Source: Mobula hypostoma (Eukaryota). From it: a stretch of DNA of 64,000 nt. The stretch covers positions 189,102,001 to 189,166,000 of the forward strand of contig NC_086097.1 in the NCBI RefSeq assembly GCF_963921235.1, in the 5' to 3' direction. Position numbers and translations under genes: made by a program. The notes beneath the pieces were generated by a model. That model made no database searches. It saw only the letters and a list, made by a program, of their open reading frames with translations, and was not told the origin of the DNA. This document shows, piece by piece, positions 1 through 12,522 of the stretch. The number at the start of each line of letters is the position of its first letter. Positions within the stretch are counted from its first letter, which is position 1.

Positions 1-299
1 TGATAACAAGTGAAAGGTATGATTGTTTTCTTTCTGATTTTGAAGCATTGAATCAACTAATACGCAACTACTCTCTTAGCTAAAGTCAGTTAAATCAAAG
101 CAGAGTAGGTAGCAAGCCTTAGAAGCACTCAGGTTTGTAACTAGTTGCCTGCATCTTTGATGGCAAAACAATATAGAACACTTTTTAAGTGTCAATCTAA
201 ATATACCAAATGGCAATGTGTTTATATTTAGATAAATTAAACAAATAATCACAATATTCTTAGTCATTTCATTAAACCTAAACTAACTTTGATTTAAAT

Positions 300-1590
300 A
301 CCGGAAGTGTTCCTGTGCAGGTCTGGCGAAGAGTTTTTTAAAAAATCCATACTCTATAAAAGAGAGGTATCGCCTCGTGGAGCAATTATCATGGGTGCGG
401 TTGTCGTCAGAGTAGCCTGAGGCAGAATAGTAAGGCTTTGGCTCAACAAGGCAACGGTGAGAACAGGTGGGGGCTAGTTAAGTAGGTAAGTGCATTCCTT
501 ATTTACTATTTAAATCTTGAGAGAATAGCGGGTATGTTCACAGAGCCAGTGTTCTGCTCAGGGTGTCAGATGTGGGATTTCCGGGAGACTTCCAGCCTCC
601 CCAGTGGCCACATCTGCACCAGGTGCATCGAGATGCAGCTTCTTAGCAGCTATGTTAGGGAACTGGAGCTGCAGCTCAGTGACCTTTGGCTCATTCAGGA
701 AAGTAAAGCAGTGATAGACAGGAGCTACAGGGAGTTGGTCACCCCAAGGCTACAGGCGTCCAAGAAATGGATGACTGTCAGGAGAGGGAAGGGAGGATGC
801 CAGATAGTGGAGAGGACCCCTGTGGCTGACTCCTCAACAATAAGTACTCCATTTTGAGTACTGTTGGGGGGACGATCTACCTGGGGGAAGCATCAGTGGC
901 CGTGCCTCTGGCATTGAGTCTGGCCTTGTGGCACAGAAGGGTAGGGAACTGAAGAGAATGGCAATAGTAATAGATGATTCTATGGTCAGGGGGACAGATA
1001 GGTGATTTTGTGGATGTGAAAAGAAAATATGGATGGTAGTTTGCCTCCAAGGTGCCAGGGTCCTTGATGTTTGTGAACACGTCCGCAATGTCCTGAAAAG
1101 GGAGGGTGAGCAGCCAAAAGTCATGGTGCATATTGGTACCAATGACGTGGGTAGAAAAAGGGAGGAGGTCCTGAAAACAGAATACAGGGAGTTAGAAAGA
1201 AAGATGAGAAGCAGGTTCTCAAGGGTAGTAATCTCGGGATTGCTGCCTGTGCCAAGTGACAGAATGAGGTGGCAGATAAATGCATGGCTGAGGATTGAGC
1301 AGGGGGCAGACATTCAGATTTCTGGATAATTGGGGGCTCTTCTGATGCAGGTGGGACCTGTACAAAAAGGACAGGTTACACTCGAATCCCAGGGGGACTA
1401 ATATTCTTGTGGGCAGGTTTACTAGAGCTGTTAGGAGTAGTTTAAACTAATATGGCAGGGGGATGGGGACCAGTATGATAGAGCTGAGGATGAGCCAGCA
1501 GGTTTACAAGTAGGTGATGGGTGTAACATGAATGTAAGGAAGGACAAGCCAATGACTGGGTACAAATGCAGAGAGAGCCAAGAGTTAAGT
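300..1590 (+). mobile_element. CR1-clade LINE copy A: 5' UTR, ORF1 and start of the inter-ORF spacer; 3'-truncated
   Basis: ORF 534-857 has the CxxC..CxxC zinc finger and leucine-zipper-like stretch (CSGCQMW..HICTRC..VRELELQLSDL). ORF 1033-1329 has SGNH esterase motifs (VMVHIGTNDVG, VVISGLLP). It ends at TTTAAACTAA (1441-1450) like the other ORF1 copies here. Confidence 0.9.
534..1450 (+). pseudogene. CR1 ORF1 (zinc finger/coiled coil + SGNH esterase), frameshifted
   Basis: Domains are split across frames; colinear with 1810-2743 and 5629-6570. Confidence 0.85.
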
Positions 1591-3250
1591 TTTGCGGGAA
1601 CTTGGCTATAATCAGCACACCATTAGTGAGTTGAAGAGCAGGGAAGGTTCCAGCATAAAAAGGAGACACTGCCTAGTGGAGCGGTCATCGTCAGAGTGGC
1701 AGGGCTTTGGCTCATTCGGGCTTTAGCGAAAGCGGGCTTTGGTGAAATAAGTGGTTAAGTGGACAAGTGGACTTTGTTTTTCCTGGCATTTTTTTGAGGA
1801 ATAGAGAGCATGTCTGTAGGGTTAGTACTTTGCCCTGGGTGTCAGATGTGGGAATCCTGGGAATCTTCCAGTCTCCCAGATGGCCACATCTGCGCCAGGT
1901 GCACCGAGATGCAGCTTCTGAGAGACCGTGTTGGGGATCTGGAGCTGCAGCTTGATGATTTACAGCTTATTAGGGAAAGTGAGCAGGAGATAGAGAGGAG
2001 TTACAAGGAGTTAGTCACCCTGAGGCTGCAGGAGTTAGATAAATGAGTGACTATCGGGAAAGGGATGTGAAGAGCTCGGATAGTAGACAGCACCCCTGTG
2101 ACCATCCCCCTCAGTAATCGTTATCTCGTTTTGGATGCGGTTGAAGGTGTTGACCGACAGAGGACGAGCACGGCGATCGGGTCTCTGGCACTGAGCCTAG
2201 TTCGGTGGTGCAGAAGGGAAAGAGGAAGATGAGGAATATAGTAGTCATAAGGGATTCCATAGTGAGAGGAACAGACAGGAGGTTCTGTCAGCCTGATAGA
2301 GATACCCACATGGTGTGTTGCCTCCAGGTGCCAGGGTATGGGATATCTCAGATCGGGTGCAGAGTATTCTGAAGGGAGACGGTGAACAGCCAGAAGTCTT
2401 GGTACATGTTGGTACCAATGACATAGGTAGGAAAAGGGAGGCGATCCTGAAGAGAGAACTCAGAAAGTTGCGTAGGAAGCTGAAAAACAGGACCTTCAGG
2501 ATAGTAATCTCAGGATTGCTGCCTGTGCTACATGTTCACGAGTGCAAGAATAGCGTGATCAGACATATTAATGCATGGCTGAGAGACTGGTGTCGGGGGC
2601 AGGGCTTCAGACTTCTGGATCACTGGGGCCTCTTCTGGGGGAGGTACGACTTGTACAAAAAGGACAAGTTACACCTGAACCCAAAGGGGTCCAATATCCT
2701 AGCAGGCAGGTTTAATAGAGCTGTTTCGGAGGGTTTAAACTAACTTGGCAGGGGGATGGGAACCGGAGGGATAGGGCTGAAGAAGGAGAAAACAGAAACA
2801 AGTCAAAGATAGCGTGCAACAGAGATGATAGAAAGGACAGTCAGGAGATGAGGCATAATCACAGCCAGTGGGATAAGTTACAGGGCAATAGAGGTGTGGT
2901 GCAGTTAAAATAAAAAGCAACAAATACTGGACTGAAAGTATTTTATTTGAATGCACGCAGTATAAGAACTAAAATGGATGATCTTGAAATTCAGCTACAG
3001 AGTGGCAAGTATGACATTGTGGCCATCTCTGAAACTTGGCTAAAGGATGGCTGCTATTGGAAGCTGAACGTCCAAGGATATACAGTGTATCAGAAAGATA
3101 GGTTAATAGGCAAGAGAGGGTGGTGTGGCCCTGTGTATAAGAAATAATATTAAATCATTAGGAAGAGATGACATGGGATCGGAAGGTGTAGAGTCTCTAT
3201 GGGTTGAGTTAAGAAATGGCAAGGGTAAAAGGACCCTAATGGCAGTTGTA
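1591..3250 (+). mobile_element. CR1-clade LINE copy B, 5' part (5' UTR, ORF1 1810-2743, start of ORF2 AP endonuclease)
   Basis: CPGCQMW..HICARC zinc finger; HVGTNDIG and DKLHLN esterase motifs; NARSI..DIVAISETWL endonuclease. The frame breaks at ..TLMAVV (3250) and resumes at 9607 (YKLP..). Confidence 0.92.
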
Positions 3251-3512
3251 CAGTGGTATGCAAAAGTTTGGGCACCCCTGGTCAAAATTTTTGTTACTGT
3301 GAATAGCTAAGCGAGTAAAAGATGACCTGATTTCCAAAAGGCATCAAGTTAAAGATAATGCATTTCTTTAATATTTTAGGCAAGATTACTTTTTTTATTT
3401 CCATCTTTTACAGTTTCAAAATAACAAAAAAGGAAAAGGGCCCGAAGCAAAAGTTCGGACGCCATGCATGGTCGGTACTTAGTAACACCCCCTTTGGCAA
3501 GTATCACAGCTT

Positions 3513-5498
3513 ACAGAACATTGAACATAGAACATAGAACATAGAACATAGAATAGTACAGCACAGTACAGGCCCTTTGGCCCACAATGTTGTGCTGACC
3601 CTCAAACACTGCCTCCCACATAACCCCAAACTTAAATTCCTCCATATTCCTATCTGGTAGTCTCTTAAATTTCACTAGTGTACCTGGCTCCACCACTGAC
3701 TCAGGCAGTGCATTTCACGCACCAACAACTCTCCGAGTAAAAAACCTTCCTCTAATATCCCCCTTGAACTTCCCACCCCTTACCTTAAAGCCATGTCCTC
3801 TTGTATTGAGCAGTGGTGCCCTGGGGAAGAGGCGCTGGCTATCCACCCTATCTATTCCTCTTAATACCTTGTATACCCCTATCATGTCTCCTCTCATCCC
3901 ACTTCTCTCCAAAGAGTAAAGCCCTAGCTCCCTTAATCTCTGATCATAATCCATACTCTCTAAACCAGGCAACAACCTGGTAAATCTCCTCTGTACTCTT
4001 TCCAATGCTTCCACATCCTTCCTATAGTGAGGCGACCAGAACTGGACACAGTACTCATAGTCATAGTCATAGTCATACTTTATTGATCCCGAGGAAAACT
4101 GTTTTTTGTTACAGTTGCACCATAATAATTAAATAGTAATAAAACCATAAATAATTCAATAGTAATATGTAAATTATGCCAGGAAATAAGTCCAGGGCCA
4201 GCCTATTGGCTCAGGGTGTCTGACCCTCCAAGGGAGGAGTTGTAATGTTCGATGGCTACAGGCAGGAATGACTTCCTATGATGCTCTGTGTTGCATCTTG
4301 GTGGAATGAGTCTCTGGCTGAATGTACTCCTGTGCCCAACCAGTACATTATGTAGTGGATGGGAGACATTGTCCAAGATGGCATGCAACTTGGACAACAT
4401 CCTCTTTTCAGACACCACTGTCAGAGAGTCCAGTTCCATCCCCACAACATCACTGGCCTTACGAATGAGTTTGTTGATTCTGTTGGTGTCTGCTACCCTC
4501 AGCCTGCTGCCCCAGCACACAACAGCAAACATGATAGCACTGGCCACCACAGACCCGTAGACATCCTCAGCATTGTCCGACAGATGTTAAAGGACCTCAG
4601 TCTCCTCAGGAAATAGAGGCAGCTCTGACCCTTCTTGTAGACAGCCTCGGTGTTCTTTGACCAGTCCAGTTTATTGTCAGTTTGTATCCCCAGGTATTTT
4701 TAATCCTCCACCATGTCCATACTGACCCCCTGGATGGAAACAGGGGTCACCAGTGCCTTACTCCAAGTGTGACCTAACCAGAGTTTTATAGAGCTGCATC
4801 ATTACCTCACGACTCTTAAACTCTATCTCTTGACTTATGAAAGCTAACACCCCATAAGCTTTCTTAACTACCCTAACTACCTGTGAGGCAACTTTCAGGT
4901 GTTTGTGGACGTGTAGCCTTAGATCCCTCTGCTCCTCCACACTACCAAGTATCCTGCCATTTACTTTGTACTCTGCCTTGGAGTTTGTACTTCCAAAGTG
5001 TACCACCTCACACTTCTCCGGGTTGAACTCCATCTGCCACTTCTCAGCCCACTTCTGCATCCTATCAATGTCTCTCTGCAGTCTTCGACAAACCTCTACA
5101 CTATCCACAACACCACCAACCTTTCTGTCATCTGCAAACTTGCCAATCCACCCTTCTACCTCCACGTCCAGGTCATTAATAAAAATCACAAAAAGTAGAT
5201 GTCCCAGAACCGATCCTTGTGGGACACCACTAGTCACAACCCTCCAATCCGAAGGTACTCCCTCCACCACGACCCTCTGCCTTCTGCAGGCAAGCCAATT
5301 CTGAATCCACCTGGTCAAACTTCCCTGGATCCCATGCCTTCTGACTTTCTGAATAAGTCTACCATGTGGAACCTTGTCAAATGCCTTACTAAAATGCATG
5401 CAGATCACATCCACTGCACTACCTTCATCTATATGCCTGTCATCTCCTGAAAGAACTCTATCAGGCTTGTTAGACACGATCTGCCCTTCACAAAGCCA
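3513..5498 (-). mobile_element. CR1 copy D, non-inverted 3' half (RT domain, 3' UTR, (ATGTTCT)n tail)
   Basis: [19 protein letters not shown] and KFADD motifs (4758-5477); C-terminus at 3715-4014; tail (AGAACAT)n at 3515-3552 on the plus strand. Confidence 0.95.
4057..4758 (-). mobile_element. Rex1/Babar-like LINE, 5'-truncated 3' fragment
   Basis: ORF 4203-4550 (FAVVCWGS..RINKLIRKA..HPLH..RKSFLPVAI). (CATAGT)n tail at 4056-4076. TACTC duplicated at 4052-4056 and 4759-4763, and the host CR1 is continuous across it. Confidence 0.88.
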
Positions 5499-8240
5499 AG
5501 TGGAGTGGCCTGTGGAAAGCGGCTAGTGAGTGAGTGGGCCAGTGAAGGAGTGGAGCTTTGAGGCTTTGACTCGAGAGGCTTCAACGAGAAGAGGCAGAGG
5601 ACAAGCTTGTTCCCAGTTAGTCTTTACAATGCCTCCTGAGACGGTGATGTGCCTCTCATGTGAGATGTGGCAGTGTTGGGAGAACTCCCCTCTCCTGCAG
5701 AGTCACATCTGCCAGAAGTGCATGTGGCTGGGCGATCTGGAAGACCGTGTAAGGAATCTGGAGCAGCAGCTGGATGACCTACAACTCATAAGGGAGAATG
5801 AGGCAGTCATAGATGAGAGCTACAGGGAGGTAGTCACACCTAGACTGCCGGAAGCAGGTCGTTGGGTGACAGTCAGAGGGGGGAAAGCGAAGGTGAATAG
5901 ACAGGTAGTGCAGAGCACCCCTGTAGCCATTCCCCTGAATAATAAGTTTACCGTCCTGGATACTGTTGGCGGGGACGACCGACCAGGTGTGAGCCACAGT
6001 GGCAGGGCCTCTGGCACTGAGTCTGACCTCTGGTGCAGAAGAGTGGGATGGAGAAGAAGAGAGCTGTCGTCATTGGTGACTCTATAGTCAGGAGAGCAGA
6101 CAGGAGATTTTGTGGATGTGAGAAGGACACCTGCATGGTCTGTTGCCTCCCGGTTGCCAGGGTTCTGGGATGTCTCTGACCGGGTACATGACATCCTGGT
6201 ACGAGAGGGAAAGCAACCAGAAGTCGTGATGCATGTTGGCACCAATGACATAGGCAGGAAGAGGGATGAGGTCCTGAAGTGTGAGTTTCAGGAACTAGGC
6301 AGAAGGCCGAAGAACAGGACCTCAAGGGTGGCGTTCTCAGGATTGCTGCCAGTGCTACGTGACAGTGATGGTAAGAATTGGAGGAGATGGCAGTTGAATG
6401 TGTGGCTGAGGAGTTGGTGCCGGGGGCAGGGTTTTAGATTTTTGGATCATTGGGATCTCTTCTGGGCAATGTGGGACCTGTACAGATTGGATGGGTTGCA
6501 CCTGAACTCGAGGGGGAACAATATCCTTGCAGGTAGGTTTGCTAGTATGGTTCAGGAGGGTTTAAACTAATTTGCAAGGAGGATGGGACCCAGAGCGATA
6601 GAGCAGTGAAAGAAGTGCATGGAGTAAAGCCAGATCTAATATATAGAGAGGCTTTGAGGAAAGAGAAGCGGAATAAAGGGCGTAAAGGTAGTTAAGGTAG
6701 AAGGGCTAAAGTGCATATATTTCAATGCAGGAAGCATCAGGAACAAAGGTGATAATCTGAGAGCTTGGATACATACATGGAATTATGATGTACTGTTCAT
6801 TATAGAGACTTGGCTGGCACCAGGACAGGAATGGATTCTCAATATTCCTGGATTTCAGTGCTTTAAAAGGGATAGAGAGGAGGGAAAAGGGGAGGAGGGG
6901 TGGCATTACTGGTCAGGGATACTATTACAGCTACAGAAAGGGTGGGTAATGTAGCAGGATCCTCTTTTGAGTCAGTATGGGTGGAAGTCACGAACAGGAA
7001 GGGAGCAGTTACTCGATTGGGAATATTCTATAGGTCCCCTTATAACAGCAGAGATACCAAGGAGCAGATTGGGAGGCAGATTTTGGAAGGGTGTAAAAAT
7101 AGCAGGGTTGTTATCATGGGTGACTTTAACTTCCCTAATATTGATTGGCACCTGATTAGTTCCAAGGGTTTGGACGGGGCAGAGTTTGTTAAGTGTGTCC
7201 TGGACAGATTCCTGTCACAGTATGTTGACAGGTATTAGATAACGACCTGGGTCAGGTCACAGATCTCTCAGTGGGTGAGCATCTGGGGGACAGTGACCAC
7301 CACTCCCTGGCCTTTAGCATTATGGTGGAAAAGGATAGAATCAGTGAGGACAGGAAAATTTTTGATTGGGGAAGGGCAAATTATGAGACTATAAGGCTAG
7401 AACTTGCGGGTGTGAATTGGTATGATGTTTTTGCAGGGAAATGTACTATGGACATGTGGTCAATGTTTAGGGAACTCTTGCGGGATGTTAGGGATAAATT
7501 TGTCCCCATGAGGAAGATAAAGAGTGGTAGGGTCAAGGAACCATGGGTGACAGGTGAGGTGGAAAATCTAGTTGAGTGGAAGAAGGCAGCATACATGAGG
7601 TTTAGGAAGCAAGGATCAGGTGGGTCTATTGAGGAATATAGGGAAGCAAGAAAGGAGCTTAAGAAGGGGCTGAGAAGAGCAAGAAGGGGGCATGAGAAGG
7701 CCTTGGTGAGGAGGGTAAAGGAAAACCCCAAGGCATTCTTCAATTATGTGAAGAACAAAAGGATAACAGGAGTGATGGTATGACTGATTAGAGATAAAGG
7801 TGGGAAGATGTGCCTGGAGGCTGTGGAAGTGAGCGAGGTCCTGAATGAATACTTCTCTTTGGTTTTCACCAGTGAGAAGGAACTTAATGACAATGAGGAC
7901 AATATGAGTGAGGTTGATGTTCTGGAGCATGTTGATATTAAGGGAGAGGAGGTGTTGGAGTTGTTAAAATACATTAGGACAGAATATTCCCCAGGCTGCT
8001 CCACAAGGCGAGGGAAGAGATTGCCAAGCCTCCGGCTAGGATCTTTATGTCCTCGTTGTCTACGGGAATGGTACTGGAGGATTGAAGGGAGGTGAATGTT
8101 GTCCCCTTGTTCAAACAAGGTAGTAGGGATAGTCTGGGTAATTATAGACCAGTGAGCCTTACGTCTGTGGTGGGAAAACTGTTGGGAAAAATTCTTAGAG
8201 ATAGGATCTATGGGTATTTAGAGAATCATGGTCTGATCAG
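5499..8240 (+). mobile_element. CR1 copy D, inverted 5' half (5' UTR, ORF1 5629-6570, ORF2 endonuclease to start of RT)
   Basis: CLSCEMW..HICQKC; HVGTNDIG; IMGDFNFP; LGDSDH; NYRPVSLTS. Ends at ..LENHGLIR (8240). Confidence 0.93.
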
Positions 8241-8244
8241 GCTT

Positions 8245-9225
8245 GTAAACGCTTTCTGTAGCCAGCTAAGAGTCTTTCAATTCTTGTTTGGGGGATTTTT
8301 GCCCATTGTTCCTTGCAAAAGGCTTCTGGTTCTGTGAGATTCTTGGGCCATCTTGCCTGCACTGCTCTTTTGACGTCTATCCACAGATTTTCGATGACAT
8401 TTAGTTCGGGGGACTGTGAGGGCTATGGCAAAACCTTCAGCTTGCGCCTCTTGAGGTAGTCCATTGTGGATTTTGAGGTGTGTTTAGGATCATTATCCTG
8501 TTGTAGAAGCCATTCTCTTTTCATCTTCATCTTTTTTACAGACTGTGTGATGTTTGTTTCAGAATTTACTGGTATTTAATTGAATTCATTCTTACCTCTA
8601 CCAGTGAAACGTTCTCCGTGCCACTGGCTGCAACACAAGCCCAAAGCATGATCGATCCACCCCTGTGCTTAACAGTTGGAGAGGAGTTCTTTTCATGAAA
8701 TTCTGCACCCTTTTTTCTCCAAACATACCTTAGCTCATTGCGGCCAAGAAGTTCTATTTTAACTTTATCAGTCCACAGGACTTGTTTCCAAAATGCATCA
8801 GGCTTGTTTAGATGTTCCTTTGCAAACTTCTGACACTGAATTTTGTGATGAGGATGCAGGAAAGGTTTTCTTCTGATGACGCTTCCATGAAGGTCATATT
8901 TGTGCAGGTGTCGCTGCATAGTAGAACAGTGCACCACCACTCCAGAGTCTGCTAAATCTTTCTGAAGGTCTTTTGCAGTCAAACGGGGGTTTTGATTTGC
9001 CTTTCTAGCAATCCTATGAGCAGTTCTCTCAGAAAGTTTTCTTGGTCTTCCAGACTTCAACTTGACCTCCACTGTTCCTGTTGACTGCCATTTCTTAATT
9101 ACCTTACGAACTGAGGAAACAGCTACCTGAAAATGCTTTGCTATCTTCTTATAGCCTTCTCCTGCTTTGTGGGCATCATTTATTTTAATTTTCAGAGTGC
9201 TAGACAGCTGCTTAGAGGAGCCTAC
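8245..9225 (-). pseudogene. Tc1 DD34E transposase, inactive; C-terminal residues lie at 3475-3512
   Basis: ORF 8566-9246 has the paired-like HTH, GRPRK and VLWTD motifs. Downstream QQDNDPKH and PSQSPELNVIEN complete the catalytic triad. The start codon is mutated and there is an in-frame stop at 8566-8568. The C-terminus KRLQ|AVILAKGGVTKY is split by the CR1 insertion. Confidence 0.92.
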
Positions 9226-9606
9226 GGCTGCTGATAGATGGGACAAGGTTTGAGGAGTCAGGGTATTTATAAAGCTTTGAAATTTGCATCACTTGGCCTT
9301 TCCTAACATTGACTGTGAGCAAGACATAGCCCTAACAAGCTAATTAAGGTCTGAGACCTTGATAAAAGTTATCTGAGAGCTCAAATCTCTTGGGGTGCCC
9401 AAACTTTTGCATGGTTCTCCTTTCCTTTTTTTCACTCTAAAATTGTACAAAACAAAAATAATACACTAATCATGTTTAAAGTATTGAAAAGAATGTTTCA
9501 TCTTTAATTTTATGACTTTTGGAGATCAGTTCATCTTCTACTCACTGCACTATTCACAGTAACAGAAGTTTTGACTGGGGTGCCCAAGCTTTTACATGCC
9601 ACTGTG

Positions 9607-12522
9607 TACAAGCTTCCAATCAGCAGCTGGAATGTGGATTACAAATTACAGCAGGAGATAGAGAAGGAGTTTCAGAAGGGCAATTTCATGATAATCATTG
9701 GGGATTTTAACATGAAAGTGAATTGGGAAAACCAGGTCAGTACTGGACCTCAGGAAAGAGAATTTGTAGAATGTCTAAGGGATGGCTTTTTAGAACAGTT
9801 TGTTGAGCCCATTAGGGGATCAGCTGTGCTGGATTAGGTGTTGTGCAATGATCGGGAGATGATAAGGGAGCTTAAGGTTAAGGAACCCTTAGGGAACAGT
9901 GATCACAATATGATTGAGTTCACTTTGAGGTTTGAGAAAGAGAAACTAAATTCCAATGTGTTGGTATTTCAGTGGGATAAAGGAAATTACAATGGCATGA
10001 GAAGGGAACTGGCCAAAGTTGACTGGAAAGGAATATTAACAGGAAAGACAACAGAGCGGCAATGGCTGGAGTTTCTGCAAAAAATGAGGGAAGTGCAAGA
10101 CAGATATATTCAAAATAAGAAGAAATTTTCGAATGGAAGAAGGACACTACCGTGGCTGACAAGACAAGCCAGAGCCAAAGTAAAAGCAAAAGAGAGGGCA
10201 TACAAAGAAGCCAAAGCTAGTGGGAGGATAGAGGATTGGGATGCTTATAAAAACTTGCAGAAGGAAACTAAGAAGGTCATTAGGAAAGAAAAGATGAATT
10301 ATGAAAGGAAGCTGGCGACTAATATCAAAGAAGATACAGAAAGCTTTTTTAAGTATATAAAAGGTAAAAGAAAGTTTAGGGTAGATATAGGACCAATAGA
10401 AAATGACGCTGGACATATTGTAATGAGAAACACAGAGGTAGCAGAGGAACTGAATGTGCATTTTGCATCAGTCTTCACAGTGGAAGACATCTGCAGTATA
10501 CCGGACCTTCAAGCGTGTTAGGGAAGGGAAGTATGTACAGTGAAAGTTACAACTGAGAAGATGTTCAGGAAGCTTAGTGGTTAAGAAGGCATATGGTGCA
10601 CCGGTCTTCATCAATCGTGGGATTGAGTTTAAGAGCCGAGAGGTAATGTTGCAGCTATATAGGGCCCTGGTCAGACCCCACCTGGAGTACTGTGCTCAAC
10701 TCTGGTCGCCTCACTACAGGAAGGACGTGGAAACCATAGAAAGGGTGCAGAGGAGATTTACGAGGATATTGCCTGGATTGGGGAGCATGCTTTATGAGAA
10801 TAGGTTGAGTGAACTCAGCCTGTTCTCCATGGAGCGACAGAGAATGAGAGGTGACCTGATAAAGGTGTACAAGATAGTGAGAGGCATTGAGCGTGTGGAT
10901 AGTCAGAGGCTTTTTCCCAGGGCTGAAATAGCTAGCACGAGAGGACATAGTTTTAAGGTGCTTGGAAGTAGGTACAGAGGAGATGTCAGGGTTAAGTTTT
11001 TTATGCAGAGAGTGCTGAGTGCGTGGAATGGGCTGCTGGCGGCGGTGGTGGAGGTAGAAATGATAGGGTCTTTTTAGAGACTCCTGTATTGATACCTACA
11101 GCTTAAAAAAATTAGAGGGTTAAGGTAAGGACATGTTTGGCATGGCATTGTGGGCCAAAGGCCCTGTATTGTGTTGTAGGTTTTCTATGTTTCTATGTTT
11201 CTATGTCTGAGGGTGGATAAATCTCCTGGACCCGATGGAATGCACCTTCATGTTCTGAAGGAAGCAGCTGGAGAGACTGTGGAGGCATTAACCATGATCT
11301 TTCAAGAATTGATAGGTTCTGGCATTGTATCCGATGACTGGAAAATTGCAACTGTTACTCCACTATTTACAAATGGTGGGAGGCAGCAGAAAGGACCTGT
11401 TAGCCTGATAACAGTGGTTGAGCAGTTGTTGGAATCAATTGTTCGGGATGAGATTACGGGGTACTTGGAGGCGCATGACAAGATAGGGTTTCCTGAAAGA
11501 AAAATCCTGCCTGTCAAACTTCCTATAATTTTTTGAGGAAATTACTAGCAGGGTAGACAAAGGAGAAGTAGCAGATGTGGTGTACTTGGACTTTCAGAAG
11601 GCCTTTGACAAGGTGCCGCACATGAGGCTGCTTAGCAAGATAAGAGCCCACGGAATTACAGGGGAGTTACTAGCGTGGGTGGAGCATTGGCTGATCAGAA
11701 GAAAACAGAGAGTGGAATAAGGGGATGCTGATTATCAATGGAGTTCCACAGGGGTTGGTGTTAGGACCACTGCTTTTTATGATATATGTCAATGATTTGG
11801 ACTATGGGATTAATAAATTTGTGGCTAAATTTGCCGATGATACAAAGATAGGTGGAGGAGTGGGTAGTATTTAGTAAACAGAGTGGCTGCAGAGAGACTT
11901 AGATAGTTTAGGGGAATGGGCAATGAAGTGGCAAATGAAATAAAATGTTGGAAGGTGTATGGTCATGAACTTTGGAGGAAGAAATAAACAGGTAGACTAT
12001 TATTTAGATGGGGAGAGAATTCAAAACACAGAAATGCAGAGGGACATGGGAGTCCTTGTACAGGATACCCTAAAGGTTAACCTCCAGATTTAGTCAGTGG
12101 TGAAAAAGGCGAATGCAATGTTGGCATTCATTTCTAGAGTTATAGAATATAAGAGCAGGGATGTGATGTTGAGACTTTATAAGGCACTCGTGAGACCACA
12201 CTTGGAGTATTGTGTGCAGTTTTGGGCTGCTTACTTTAGAAAAGATATACTGACATTGAAGAGGTTTCAGAGAAGATTCACGAGAATGATTCCAGGAATG
12301 AAAGGGTTACCGTATGAGGAACATCTGGCAGCTCTTGGGCTGTATTCCCTGGAGTTCAGGAGAATGAGGGGGGATCTCATAGAAGCATTCCAAATGCTAA
12401 AAGGCCTGAACAGATTAGATATGGCAAAGTTATTTCCCATGGTAGGGGAGTCTAGGACAGGAGGGCATGACTTCAGGATTGAAGGATGTCCAATTAGGAC
12501 AGAGATGAGGAGAAATTACTTT
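9607..12522 (+). mobile_element. CR1 copy B, continuation of ORF2 (endonuclease, linker, RT), decayed and lacking its 3' end
   Basis: IIGDFNM, LGNSDHNMI, DKSPGPDG and RPHLEYCVQFW motifs; the reading continues across the Tc1 junction. Confidence 0.9.
10577..11206 (+). mobile_element. 5'-truncated CR1 3' fragment inserted into copy B
   Basis: ORF 10577-11077 is an ORF2 C-terminus with a (TTTCTATG)3 tail at 11182-11205. The host reads AAGCTTAGTGGT|CTGAGGGTGGATAAATC across it. Confidence 0.88.

Larger units (their letters stand above)
3251..9604 (-). mobile_element. Tc1-family DNA transposon, IR/DR type, about 1.6 kb once the 3513-8240 insertion is removed
   Basis: Left end CAGTGGTATGCAAAAGTTTGGGCACCCC follows TA (3249-3250). 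Right end GGGGTGCCCAAGCTTTTACATGCCACTG is followed by TG (decayed TA). Inner repeats of the terminal motif at about 3444-3463 and 9392-9412 give ~215-bp inverted repeats. Confidence 0.95.

Noticed and set aside
3515..3552. Short tandem arrays as CRISPR or satellite
   Set aside because: These are microsatellite tails of LINEs; there are no spacers or cas genes and the DNA is eukaryotic.
5629..6570. SGNH esterase as a captured host gene
   Set aside because: The esterase domain is a known part of CR1-clade ORF1 and occurs four times here in element context.
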